Source of the DNA: Laetmonice hystrix
Taxonomy: Eukaryota
DNA: 64,000 bases
Assembly: GCA_965235115.1 (NCBI GenBank)
Contig: OZ249437.1
Coordinates: 51,956,001 to 52,020,000, forward strand
Direction of reading: 5' to 3'
Under the pieces are notes generated by a model that saw only the letters and a list, made by a program, of their open reading frames with translations, made no database searches and was not told the DNA's origin. Position 1 is the first letter of the stretch. Every line of letters begins with the position of its first letter. The position numbers and the translations under genes were made by a program. Positions 1 through 10,230 of this stretch are shown one piece after another.

Positions 1-853
1 TGTCACAGAAAAGGGTATAAAGTAAATACCAATGTTTTTGCAGTACACCAAAGAACTGCGGGTTTCTGGCTCCAGAACCTAGTCAATGGGATGTGGCCTG
101 TGGGGAGGTCGTGGGAGTGGAGGGGGGGGGGGTTGTTATCCCTGACAATATGTCGGAATCAGGATCACACAGAGTATGCTTGGTCTCAGTCTGAGTGAAG
201 CAGCATCTTACGTAACATGACTCCAGCAGTTGACTACAAACTCAAGGTGAAGCCTGCATTCAGTGTAATACTGCGATCGAAACGAGTCCTAAAGTGTAGT
301 TAAAAGACACAAAAGATCCATCAGGATACACAATAAAGCTTTCAGCATTGACAATTTAACTTTTCTGGAGTGGTTACCAGTTGATGCGTACACAGACTGG
401 AAGAAGCAATCTATAAGTCTGTCGTTAATGCAAATAAACATGGCACAACAAAACGATTTTAAAATAACAGAGGTGAGGAAACAGTTGCAGCATTGGTAGT
501 ATCATTGGTCAGTCATAAACTTCAACAAAAACACATTTTTTTAATCCACTGAGACTAAGCAAGAACAGTAGAGAACTAGGTGCGATAAAACTGGCTAATA
601 CTGAACACTATTGAGATTAAGTGCAGTCGCAAATCATGCAAACGTAGTTACTTCCTCTCTGTCAAGCTTTCAACTTGGAACATTCTTTGACAGCTTTGGA
701 ATGGCTTAATCAAGTTCACTCTCGAAATCAAAACGATATTCTCGACAAGAAGAGCCTTGGTTTGTAACGTGGTGAAGTTTGTTTGTATTTCTAACGGTTT
801 TGCTCTGACTTGCTCGGTGTATTGCTTCACTTTGATGAGGGTTTCAGCTTTAC

Positions 854-952
854 CTGGTTGGGGTCGTAGTCGCCATGCGGTCTGACAGTTTTCATGTACG
901 CTACACGGGAGGCGTCTGGACCAGTACCGGCAAGCACGTGAACTTGGCCATC
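854..952 (-). CDS. EPB41: 99-nt exon (DGQVHVLAGTGPDASRVAYMKTVRPHGDYDPNQ), phase 0/0
   Basis: Acceptor ttttccccccAG and donor GTAAAG. Lies within ORF 827..1045. Confidence 0.7.
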
Positions 953-1841
953 CTGGGGGGAAAACACGCCAAACCGACATGCAAGCCGAGTTAACAGTCG
1001 TAATGACAACAAATGGCAAGGGCAGAAGCCACGGCACACACACAATCAATCATCACAAGGCAAAGTGTAACAGCAACATCATCAACAAAGTCAACTGGTC
1101 CTGCCCGCTTCGTTTGGCAGCAGCCAGCAAACATTGACATCTGGTGCACAGCTTTCATATAACAGGACAACGACTATTGGTTGTCTGTGATATATGTCTC
1201 GAGATCACCTACTGGGGTAGCAGGCAACCACACCAACCAACACGCAATCTGTCCCATGTGTTCTAACCCAGGGGTTAAATCTTCGCTACCGGGGGGTGGA
1301 GATTCCTACCCTTCCTGCTCTACCTGTTCGGGAAACAAGTAGTCTCTATACGCAACCGGTGGAGACGTATTTCCCCACCAGATTCGTATTTTTGGGGAGG
1401 AACTCTGGGGCTCTGATATCGGGTGGAGATAGAACAGAACACCCAGCACACATAAGTTCCGAGTTCGTCTGGGAAAACTTCTTGTAGATATTGTAGAATT
1501 CCACATCTTTCAATATCCTTCTAATCGGTTGAAATCTGAGTAAACACCTACCTGAAGTTTTCTGAAAATGTACGACCAATTATTGATCAACACCTGAATT
1601 GTTAGTAGAAAAGGGCAAACTTCAAAAGCAACGCTGGTCAAATTCCAGCCATAAATTCTACCAACGATTCCTACAAAAAGAACTGGGTCAGTACAACGAT
1701 CTCAAACTGCTGAAATCTAAACAGAAAACGAAAGCTGTCCCCGGCATGCACCAACAAGAAAGCCGGTCAGATTAGGTCATAAGGTGGGTGGTTCTGCTAT
1801 TGACTGCTGACCACGAAGAGTTTCGGATGACCTGGGCTTAC

Positions 1842-1892
1842 CAACACGCACAAGTAGTTGGTTAGGGAGTACGACTGGGCAGGGGCCTTCTT
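1842..1892 (-). CDS. EPB41: Candidate 51-nt cassette exon (KKAPAQSYSLTNYLCVL), phase 0/0
   Basis: Acceptor taattcAG with a poor pyrimidine tract; strong donor GTAAGC; open and in phase. Confidence 0.3.
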
Positions 1893-2293
1893 CTGAATTA
1901 TTCTCACCAAATCAGGCTGAATTACATGCAAACATGTGTATTGTTTACATATCTAACCATGAAATGGTCACTGACTCGATATGATACACATGGACACATG
2001 CAGATTTAGTAGGGTCCAAATTGGTTGTGTTTACCGACCATACCAATGTAGTAGGACGGGCACGTTTTGACGACGGCATAGAAAACTGTGGCTATGCGTT
2101 TATAAACCATGGGATTGGACAAGGACGAAGGAGTGGAGGAACAGAATAGGGGTGGAGGGTGGGGGGGGGGGGAGAGGGAAGAGTACTGCACCAGAGCAAG
2201 CAATGACATTCCGAATGACTCCGTGTTAGCTGAGGTCGTGCGGGCGGGAACAAAGACAGGTGTGTGTACGGGTGCTACAGGTAGGAACCCATT

Positions 2294-2361
2294 GTCATCA
2301 GTTTTGTCGTTAACATCATCGTCATCATTCACCAACATCATCGCAATCATCATTGTCATCA
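2294..2361 (+). repeat. Degenerate (ATC/CAT)n microsatellite
   Basis: gtcatca...catcatcgtcatcattcaccaacatcatcgcaatcatcattgtcatca. Confidence 0.6.
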
Positions 2362-2638
2362 CAATGTGCAAAATCCGGGATGCTGCAAGGGCAAGCCACT
2401 AAAACAGCCTCTAGTATCGCTCCCCAAGCTCCGATCCTCGCGCTCCACCCAGACCTCCCTGGCCCACTTGTCTTAAAAAAATCTCCGAATATATCAAAAT
2501 AACCGCAGCCGTTGGTGCCACAGCCGCCCTTTTAAAATTACATTGTACTGAATGACTTGGGGTGGGAGAGATCTAAGTGGGCAGTTGGTCATTGCCGTGG
2601 GGACCGACAGTCCAGAGACAGTGGAGGGAATGGTGCAC

Positions 2639-2737
2639 CTTTCCGGGCGATCCCTTGCGGTCGGGTGTGATTTTTCTCCTCACGTATATCACCTTGCCGC
2701 TGTTGTCCTTGAGCTGAACGAGCTGAACCCGATCCTC
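2639..2737 (-). CDS. EPB41: 99-nt exon (EDRVQLVQLKDNSGKVIYVRRKITPDRKGSPGK), phase 0/0
   Basis: Acceptor aatttccAG and weak donor GTGCAC. Lies within ORF 2573..2770. Confidence 0.6.
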
Positions 2738-3512
2738 CTGGAAATTGGACCAATCATCAATGGGCATCACAAGTAGGACCTCTTTTACACAAATTAATTT
2801 ACCTCTATGTATCCTTTTGAAATATGATTTTTTTTTTTGGGGGGGGGGGGTATTTCTTTGAAACTTGAGAACACTTACAAACTAGTGAGATGTTTCAGGT
2901 GATGTTTTACAATGTTACAATCGACTGGAAACTATGTATAAGTTTTAAAAATGCTGAAGATATTTTAATCGGAATTTACATTCTAATCCGATTTTTTTTC
3001 ATTACAGGTGCGGTAGTAAGCATTCAGTCATAATCCATGGACATCTATTATAATGACAGCCAAATTTATGCTGAAATTTTTACTAAAGGTTTAATCTAGG
3101 GAAGGATGGGCACAGCAGCTCCACACAACGGCTGGCATTACAACTACTGTGTGCCTTCGGGAATAAGCTTAGTAAAAATGGGAGCTTCTTCAAAAAGGTC
3201 AAACCAAAGAATAGCAATATTTGAAAACCCCGTTTACATTTCAACAAACTCAGGCAATGACGGCATGCACTTCAGCTATAGGTAAAGTACCACCCTGCAA
3301 CAAATGAAACTCTCTGGAATGCTATGTTAGTATCAACAAATTGAAAATGCACACATAGGTCGACATCGGACTCGGTGTCTACTCAGGACTTGTCCCGTGG
3401 GCTTTCTTCATGATGGGGAGAATATAACAACTCAAAAGTACTCAAAATCTGCCAAATCTGTGGTTAGTGGTATTGCCGTTGTAGCTGCATGCCAAGAGAC
3501 TGGCTGATTTAC

Positions 3513-4157
3513 CGGAACCATGGTAGGCTTGACGTTCTCTGCCATCCCAGGGATAGGGTGAACTCCTGGGAAGGGTACGGCACCCACCCCGGAACCTGCC
3601 CCGAGCCCTGGTACCCCAACCCCTGCCCCCGGCCCCATCCCGGCCCCCGGCCCCTCTCCCTCGGTCCCTGGCCCGGCCCTTCCAGCATCCCCGGGTCCAG
3701 CTCCAAGTCCTGCTTGTTCCGCGGCAGACGGTCCAGCTCCTTCGTCCCATTCCCCTGGGCGACCTGGTCCTTCCCGCATGGGTCCACCCATGGCTGCGGC
3801 CCCCAAAAGCGGCGCCGAGCTCGAGGCCTGGGCCTCTCCTTCTAGTGGCCCCGCTCCTTCCACACCCTGACTGGGCAGGTGGTCATCCTGTGCCCCTAGA
3901 CCCTGCTGCCCGTCAAACTCTCCCTTTGCGAGAGGCGCCCCCGCCTCCATCCCGAGCCCCATGCCGGCGTACGGCCTGTCCCCGAAACTGCCTTCCTGTG
4001 GGCCAACGCCCTCCCCGTCCCGGTACAGATCGCCCCTTTCTGTGGCCGGGCCCCGACCCTGGTCCCTTCCCTCGTCCCCAGGAGTCCCCCCATCCTGGTA
4101 TGGAGTCCGGCCAGCGTCAGCCCCGGAGCCGAGGAGCCCGGCTTTCTCTGGGGCCTG
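3513..4157 (-). CDS. EPB41: Large Gly/Pro/Ala/Glu-rich exon (QAPEKAGLLGSG...GPGAGMGPGAGVGVPGLGAG...KPTMVP), 645 nt, phase 0/0
   Basis: Acceptor atctctatAG. One stop-free frame, continuous with ORF 3432..3962 and very GC-rich relative to the flanks. Donor GTAAAT is inferred. Confidence 0.75.
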
Positions 4158-4272
4158 CTATAGAGATATGTATCCAACACACCTTAGTTCAACGACCCAG
4201 TTCTATCGGCCAGGGGAATAGAACATCATCCAACACTACACACGTAAATTATGCGAAAAGTTCATCTTTAGT

Positions 4273-4424
4273 TCTATTATACAGTAAATTGACTCATATG
4301 GTATAGCAGCTCTATTTTACAGTAAATTTGATTCGTGTGGTAAGACAACTCTATTTTACAGTACATTGACTCGTATGGCAATGCAGTTCTATTTTACAGT
4401 ACACTGATTTGTAAGGTAAGACAA
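4273..4424 (+). repeat. Degenerate 38-39 bp minisatellite, about 4 copies
   Basis: Core tctatt(t/a)tacagta recurs at 4273, 4311, 4350 and 4388. Confidence 0.85.
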
Positions 4425-4515
4425 AGTAAAGTTTTCTTTATGTAATATAAGAAGACTCATCCATTATAGTACTTATCATTTATAATGTTTTATATGCAAA
4501 CAAAAATATACATAC

Positions 4516-4673
4516 ATCATCATACTCTCGGCCGACGTCGTCAGCCTCTGCGAAAGGCACAGCTCCTCCATGCTTCTTACGTTTGCGATCTTTCAGGTCG
4601 ATGGTGTTAGTGCGGGAGTCATCGCCCGGCCGGTAGAGCTCGGAGCGCTCGGTGGCGCCAGAGCCGGGGCCAC
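4516..4673 (-). CDS. EPB41: Protein 4.1 post-FA exon (GGPGSGATERSELYRPGDD...DRKRKKHGG...REYDD), 158 nt, phase 1/0
   Basis: Acceptor tctcttgcAG and donor GTATGT. GC-rich coding-like island, in phase with the FA exon. Confidence 0.8.
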
Positions 4674-6760
4674 CTGCAAGAGAACCAACCAATCACAATA
4701 CCGGACACTCCCACCCAATGAAAACAGGTCACTTAAATGTACGCTTCATCTGAAACAAGCATCATCCTAGTACCTACAACATGCTCAAGAGAAATGTTAG
4801 TAGTGTGTTTTACATTGAAGGGATGCAACTCAACCATACGATAATGGTCTACATTCATTGTAAGTGGTTACTGGTGTGACGTCTTAGTTAACCCTTCCCA
4901 CCCCTTCATCCGCCCTTACAGACGTATGACCCCACCGTTACGCACGTCTTGAGAATGAGAATGATCTGTAGGTTGTCACTATAAGATCCCGGTTTATCTT
5001 AATGTCACATAACATTTGATTTTCACAAATTCTTTCACAAACACTACATGTTGCTAACCGACACACAAACACGAGAGGTATCCTGCGCATTCTTTATCGA
5101 GTCAACTTGTCCAGAATCAAGAACGATGGTCTTATATAGCTAAAAAGATAATATATCACACCAGTGTTCACTCTGAACAAAAATCAATAAATAAATTCAT
5201 ACATAACTTTAAAAAAAGCGTCTACCTCCATGCCATGCATGTCATTTTACATATTACCAAAATACTTTTTTTTATATTCACACTTAACCCCTCCCAATCC
5301 ACTTCCAAAGAGCCCATCGTTTGATTTGAACAGAAATGGCAATGTAACTGATGTGGAAATTAGATATCAACTGAAAGAGCGAAATGATTTAAACTTAAGA
5401 CCAGCTGCAAAGAGAGAATTACGAAGCACTGCTGATGCGGATGCTTTGAGCAGTCTGCACTATTATAGCAAATGAGCTCCATTCTGTCTGGCGTTAACAT
5501 TTGATTACATCTGCCGCCACGGTCGGGTTAGTATGGCTGGGCGATGGAGGGGCGGCGGAGGTGGGGGTGGGGGGTGGAGGACTCATTGCGAAGACCAAAC
5601 TGGGGCATGCTGCTGATGGAAGCAGGTTGGGTTCGCCGGTTGTACCCGCCCTTCATGCTGCAGTATCCGTACACTGCAAACAATACCATGCTGAGCCACG
5701 TTTGTATTCTTTCTCCAATCAAACAATCCCCGCTACGGCTGAATCAACAAATCATGTCCACAATATTTGGGCTGATGAGAAACAATAAGGGACTAGATAA
5801 AAATATACGTCAATAATTACATAGATAACTCTAGGAATAAACAGGAAACTATGATAATACTGCCATTCACGTCTGACGCCCCGTATCTGACGACGTTTTA
5901 ACATTATAAACAGTCGATAATAGCACATAAATACAAGCATGATAATAAAAACTATAACCAATAAAACAGGTACTAAAAGCCAGAGCGCCAGTCTTTGCGA
6001 AGAGTTCTCAGTGTGTGTAGTTCATCAAATATTGAAAGACTTAATCATTTACTGAGGTTAGTTCTCTGACCAGGTTAATTCCAGGTTGCTTGTTTGACAT
6101 GTGATAATACGTGTTCATCAGTTCTAAGATACATGTATTAGTAACTTGAGAGTGCTTAACGCTGACTGGCCGCAGCACCATAGCAGCCGACGCACCAAGC
6201 TTGTAGCAGCAGGCTCCCCACATGGCTCCATGACGCAACATCTAAGACAGAAGCTCATGACAAAAATCCCAGACACACTTCCTCCTCCCACATTTTTCTT
6301 TTCGTATTTTACTAGACTTATGGTTTAAAAAATCTTTTGAAGCCTCCAATGCTAATTTTATTAGCCTGAAGTTTTCTACTGATAAAATAACTTTGAAGTC
6401 ATTGACCTAAAGAAAAATTAATTCAATTCTGAGCTTTGGGTGATGGTGAGCCAAGCAAAATCACATGAATGGAAGTGAAATAAACCATAAAATGAAGTAT
6501 TTTAAAAAAAAAGAACTCTGGGTACACAATAGACTGTATGAAAGCCACGACCTGCCCGAACGCCTATCGTATGATGTGGGCCGATAGAGGCTTGGGCTTG
6601 ACTGTTGTCGTCGGACCCTGTTCAGAAACCACTACTATACACAAGGAGGTCATGCATTCTCAGTGCCACAGTCACACTGCCATAAAGACTGAGGGAGATG
6701 ATAAATGTAGTAGTAGTATAGTAAGAGAGGCCTGGGTGTGCAGGTCCATTGGTAGTATAC

Positions 6761-6802
6761 CTGTGTCGTTCAGAACCGGCTCTGAGGCAGTTCCCACGCG
6801 TC
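6761..6802 (-). CDS. EPB41: Candidate 42-nt symmetric cassette exon ((G)RVGTASEPVLNDT), phase 1/1
   Basis: Strong acceptor tctctgtgttgttctctttttAG and weak donor GTATAC. Confidence 0.3.
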
Positions 6803-6938
6803 CTAAAAAGAGAACAACACAGAGACGGCACGATTGGTACTGGGGTTGGCGCTCACCGACTCGGTATCTAAGTCGTTCACAGGCATCACTCATGCAGCAC
6901 TTAGACCTCTGGTCTCCTTCAAACAAATAATTCCCAAC

Positions 6939-7024
6939 CCGCTGATCTTTTGTTTGCTCCATCCCTCAACAAACGCTCATCCTCAGCTGAGCCTATAGCC
7001 TCAATCTCAATGTTACCAGCCTCT
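6939..7024 (-). CDS. EPB41: Candidate 86-nt alternative exon (EAGNIEIEAIGSAEDERLLRDGANKRSA), phase 2/1
   Basis: Acceptor ttgtAG and weak donor GTTGGG. 16+86=102 nt restores the phase 1 needed by exon 4673; composition looks protein-like. Confidence 0.35.
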
Positions 7025-7380
7025 CTACAACTAGACCACAGAAAGAAACGAAGAAAATTTCTGAGAGGAAACTTAGATTAAGTGATTAACAGGCTTCAAT
7101 TGGAAATGAGGGAGAAAATTCAGAGAAATGTACCCTAGTTACAGATTTCCCGGCTACGTACGAAAGTATAATTTTGATCAATGAAGTTTAGAGACTCTGA
7201 GAAGGCCTCAGCTACTTATTCTCTATTCTTAAGTCCTAAAAAGATGCTCTGAAAAGCTGCACAGAGCATGAGAAAATAATAAAAAGAAGAGATTTTAGAA
7301 GAGCTTTTGACTGCCATGCAAATAGCAAATTTCATACTGGTTCCAGGTATCGGTATACGAAAAAGTTTACGTTTTCTCAC

Positions 7381-7396
7381 TTGCTGCGGGTAACAA
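7381..7396 (-). CDS. EPB41: Candidate 16-nt microexon (TTGTTACCCGCAGCAA; (V)VTRS(K))
   Basis: About 50-nt pyrimidine tract containing TGC, then ttgacAG; donor GTGAGA. Frame-preserving only together with 6939-7024. Confidence 0.4.
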
Positions 7397-7729
7397 CTGT
7401 CAAGAGAGACATAGCATGACAGAAAGAAATGAAAGAAAGAAAAAGAAGAATAAAACAAACGATCAGGCAAGTATAGACCTTTTCTTTATAGGTAGAAAAT
7501 CAGTGCTAACAAAAGGCGTACATGCTGTCTGCTAGTATCTTCCATTTAGCCTCACAGCTACTGGTTCCTACGATTTTCTGGGCAAAGTCTGACGATGTCT
7601 CTAGTTGGACACTTCGCTGATATGGTCAGCCTTCCACGTTAAGTTTGGACGGGTGACGTACAGGTGGCACTGGGAGGGTGAGGGCTGGGAGGTTTGGCAA
7701 CATGCTCCTGAGATACTTCAAACGATCTG

Positions 7730-7896
7730 CTATTCCAGTTGCCTTATCTTTCTTCTCTTTTTTTTTTCTTTCTTTCTTTTTTTATGTTCGATTATGGTTT
7801 TGAGGCCAGGGGAAGAATGGCGTATTGAATGGATATTGGGGGCACTGATGCTCATGTTGCCGTGGCTCCCGCTGCTGTTGCTTGCTGCCGTCCGTA
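7730..7896 (-). CDS. EPB41: Candidate alternative terminal exon (VRTAASNSSGSHGN...EHKKRKKEKKKRRKIRQLE*)
   Basis: Branch-point-like CACTAAC just upstream of tctgcAG. Phase 1 matches the FA exon donor, and the frame stays open to TAG at 7732-7730. Polypyrimidine tract is weak. Confidence 0.35.
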
Positions 7897-8646
7897 CTGC
7901 AGACGTTTTGTGTTAGTGTGTCTTACGAGGAGGGCAAATACTCTCGGGCAAACTCCCTGCTACGGTCAGCTGAACCCAAGTTCTTGCCACAACACTCAAC
8001 TATTGGTAGTAACCTTAACTAGACCAGAGAACGACTACACGACACTCAACACCCAACGACAAAACAGCCATAGTAATGCCCTAGTGTGTCACCTAGTAGT
8101 GTGCGCAACAAAAAAATGTCTAAGAGATGAGCATGGACACCAACCCTGTTGATTGAGGATGTTTTGTTTCAGATCCCGGTGGAAGTCTGTCAAAAAGTGT
8201 ACAAAGGTATCAAACAGGGACGTTTTACTTGGTGCTAAATATAACCATCAAACAAATCTGAGAATGGCACAAAACTGTCAGGCAATTCAATTTCAGGTCT
8301 CATTTAACTTGGAAGCAATTAACTAAACACACTGAAAAAGTACGTCATCCAATCGACGTAACTAGCACAAACATACAAATTATCAGCTGAACAGATTGCT
8401 CTACATAATGTAACATGTCCACTCGTAAAAATTAGGCTTTTAACTTTTTTAAAAGGAGAATGATAATAATACTGATCACAACATTTATGGATGTATCTGC
8501 TTAGTACCGTATAAAGCAGCAACACGTCGTCAACCAATACTTCGGTCGTCGAAATGTCACCCACTCAAGGTAAGAAATTAAGGATTATATGGAGGAGACA
8601 TAATTACAAACATCCACCCATGGCCATCAGCAGGCAGGTTACATAC

Positions 8647-8828
8647 CTCCATCCATCGACCGTGACCCGGAGAAGTGGCGACCAGAGGCTCGGTCAAAGT
8701 TCGGGGCAGGGCGGTCGATGAGAGAGGCGGCTTGGCGGGTCTGGTACTGCGTGCGGCCGGAGTAGCGGAACTTGGAGCCGAAGCGTGGGAAGAAGCCACT
8801 CTTAGCAGCAGGCTCGGGTTCCTTCAGC
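8647..8828 (-). CDS. EPB41: Protein 4.1 exon, FERM-adjacent (FA) domain (LKEPEP...[17 protein letters not shown]...SRSMDG), 182 nt, phase 2/1
   Basis: Acceptor ccctgtttgcAG and donor GTATGT. FA motif [11 protein letters not shown]. Confidence 0.96.
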
Positions 8829-8965
8829 CTGCAAACAGGGCAAGCCAAGTCTCAAACAACATTCAAGTGATAACACTCCTAAGACCTGACCTTCAATCCC
8901 TCCAACACAAAAATCTGAGATTATTCGCGACCGATGTGAAGAGGAAGAGGAACCTCCAAACTTAC

Positions 8966-9216
8966 CTGAAGAAAGCATGGTGTTCGACGGCCGTCTTCCA
9001 CAGCCTCTTAGCAAGGCGGTGATTGGCCAATTTGAAGCCTATTGTGCTTTCGAACTGTTCAAATTCGCCCGGGCGGATCTTGATGTAGAAGTTGTTGCGT
9101 TTGTAAGAGATCTTGAGGATCTTGGGCCATGCGAACCTGTTGATACGTAACCGATCACGGTAGACGAGCAAGCCACTTGCACAAACTCCCAGCATGATGT
9201 CCACTCCCTCGGAATC
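8966..9216 (-). CDS. EPB41: Protein 4.1 exon, FERM F3 lobe ([21 protein letters not shown]...VEHHAFFR), 251 nt, phase 0/2
   Basis: Acceptor ttttccgtAG and donor GTAAGT. Overlaps ORF 8962..9204; closely resembles coracle/4.1 FERM_C. Confidence 0.97.
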
Positions 9217-9708
9217 CTACGGAAAACACCAATTTACCTCTAAGAAACTGAACACTGGACAGTCAACAAGAAGTTAGTTTTAGGTTCAAACCATTTCGTT
9301 GCCATTTCGTTATTTCCGACAGCTGATTTGAAAGCAGAAAGCTGAGGCCACTTTGACTCTCGAGACTTTCTCTCTGCCACCTACTTGACGTCACACATTC
9401 CCGAGAGAGATTCTAAATCACACCAAATGTATGCCATTCTACCAAAGTCTGCCTTGGCTGTCATCCTACTACTGATTGGTTGTCGCTAACGCCAGCTCTG
9501 CAGTCCCACAATTACCGAAGCTTACACCTTAAGACTCCAGATGCAATCCGACTAGGTTCTATACCAAGCAATATCCAAATCCCAACTGACTTCTTCTATC
9601 AGTCGGGTATCTTTCTCATTCAGGCTCCAGCAAGTGTACGTAAGCTTTCAGATTTTCATCCATGCCTTCCCTAGTTTTTAGAGACTGATATAGCCATGTC
9701 TGACTCAC

Positions 9709-9796
9709 CTTGGCTTGGTGAAGGTCGACTCCATACATGGCCAACTTCTTGGCATTTTCAAGGTAGTTGATCTCGGCTTCAGCGGGAGTCTGCCCT
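9709..9796 (-). CDS. EPB41: Protein 4.1 exon ([29 protein letters not shown]), 88 nt, phase 2/0
   Basis: Acceptor ttttccgtcAG and donor GTGAGT. Canonical [16 protein letters not shown] motif. Confidence 0.96.
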
Positions 9797-10050
9797 CTGA
9801 CGGAAAAGACAGAACTGATTTCAGAAATCGTCCGTATGATAAATTTTATTAGTATCTGCCTTGAGTTTTACCCCTAGGATTTCGGCAGTCTACATAAAGA
9901 CATCGACATAGAATCAGGTTTGAATCCGGTACTCCATGATTTTATTACCCACTTTCCTACTTCAACGACAACGGAATTACCACGTACCGCTGGCGCAGTT
10001 TACGACGTTAGCCACGTGACGGCTCTCCACCATCCGGTGCTGCCACCTAC

Positions 10051-10230
10051 CTGTGTGTGCGGTGAAGTTCTGCTATTTTCTCAAGTAGCTCATCGGTCTG
10101 GCTCGGTGCAAAACGGAACTCGCCTATGTAGTCGACCGTGTTGCCATGTTCCTCGGGGTCATAGTCTCCCAGCTCTGACTGGATTGTGTAAGATCCCAGC
10201 AGGGCGTGGGTCACAAACGAACAAGGCAGT
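10051..10230 (-). CDS. EPB41: Protein 4.1 exon, FERM F2 lobe ([29 protein letters not shown]...ELHRTHR), 180 nt, phase 2/2
   Basis: Acceptor tctccttcAG and donor GTAGGT. Lies within ORF 10047..10250. Confidence 0.96.

Noticed and set aside
3489-4306. Plus-strand Pro-rich ORFs (3489..3845, 3845..4306, 3961..4221)
   Set aside because: Antisense shadows of the GC-rich minus-strand exon, which has the proper splice sites and phase.
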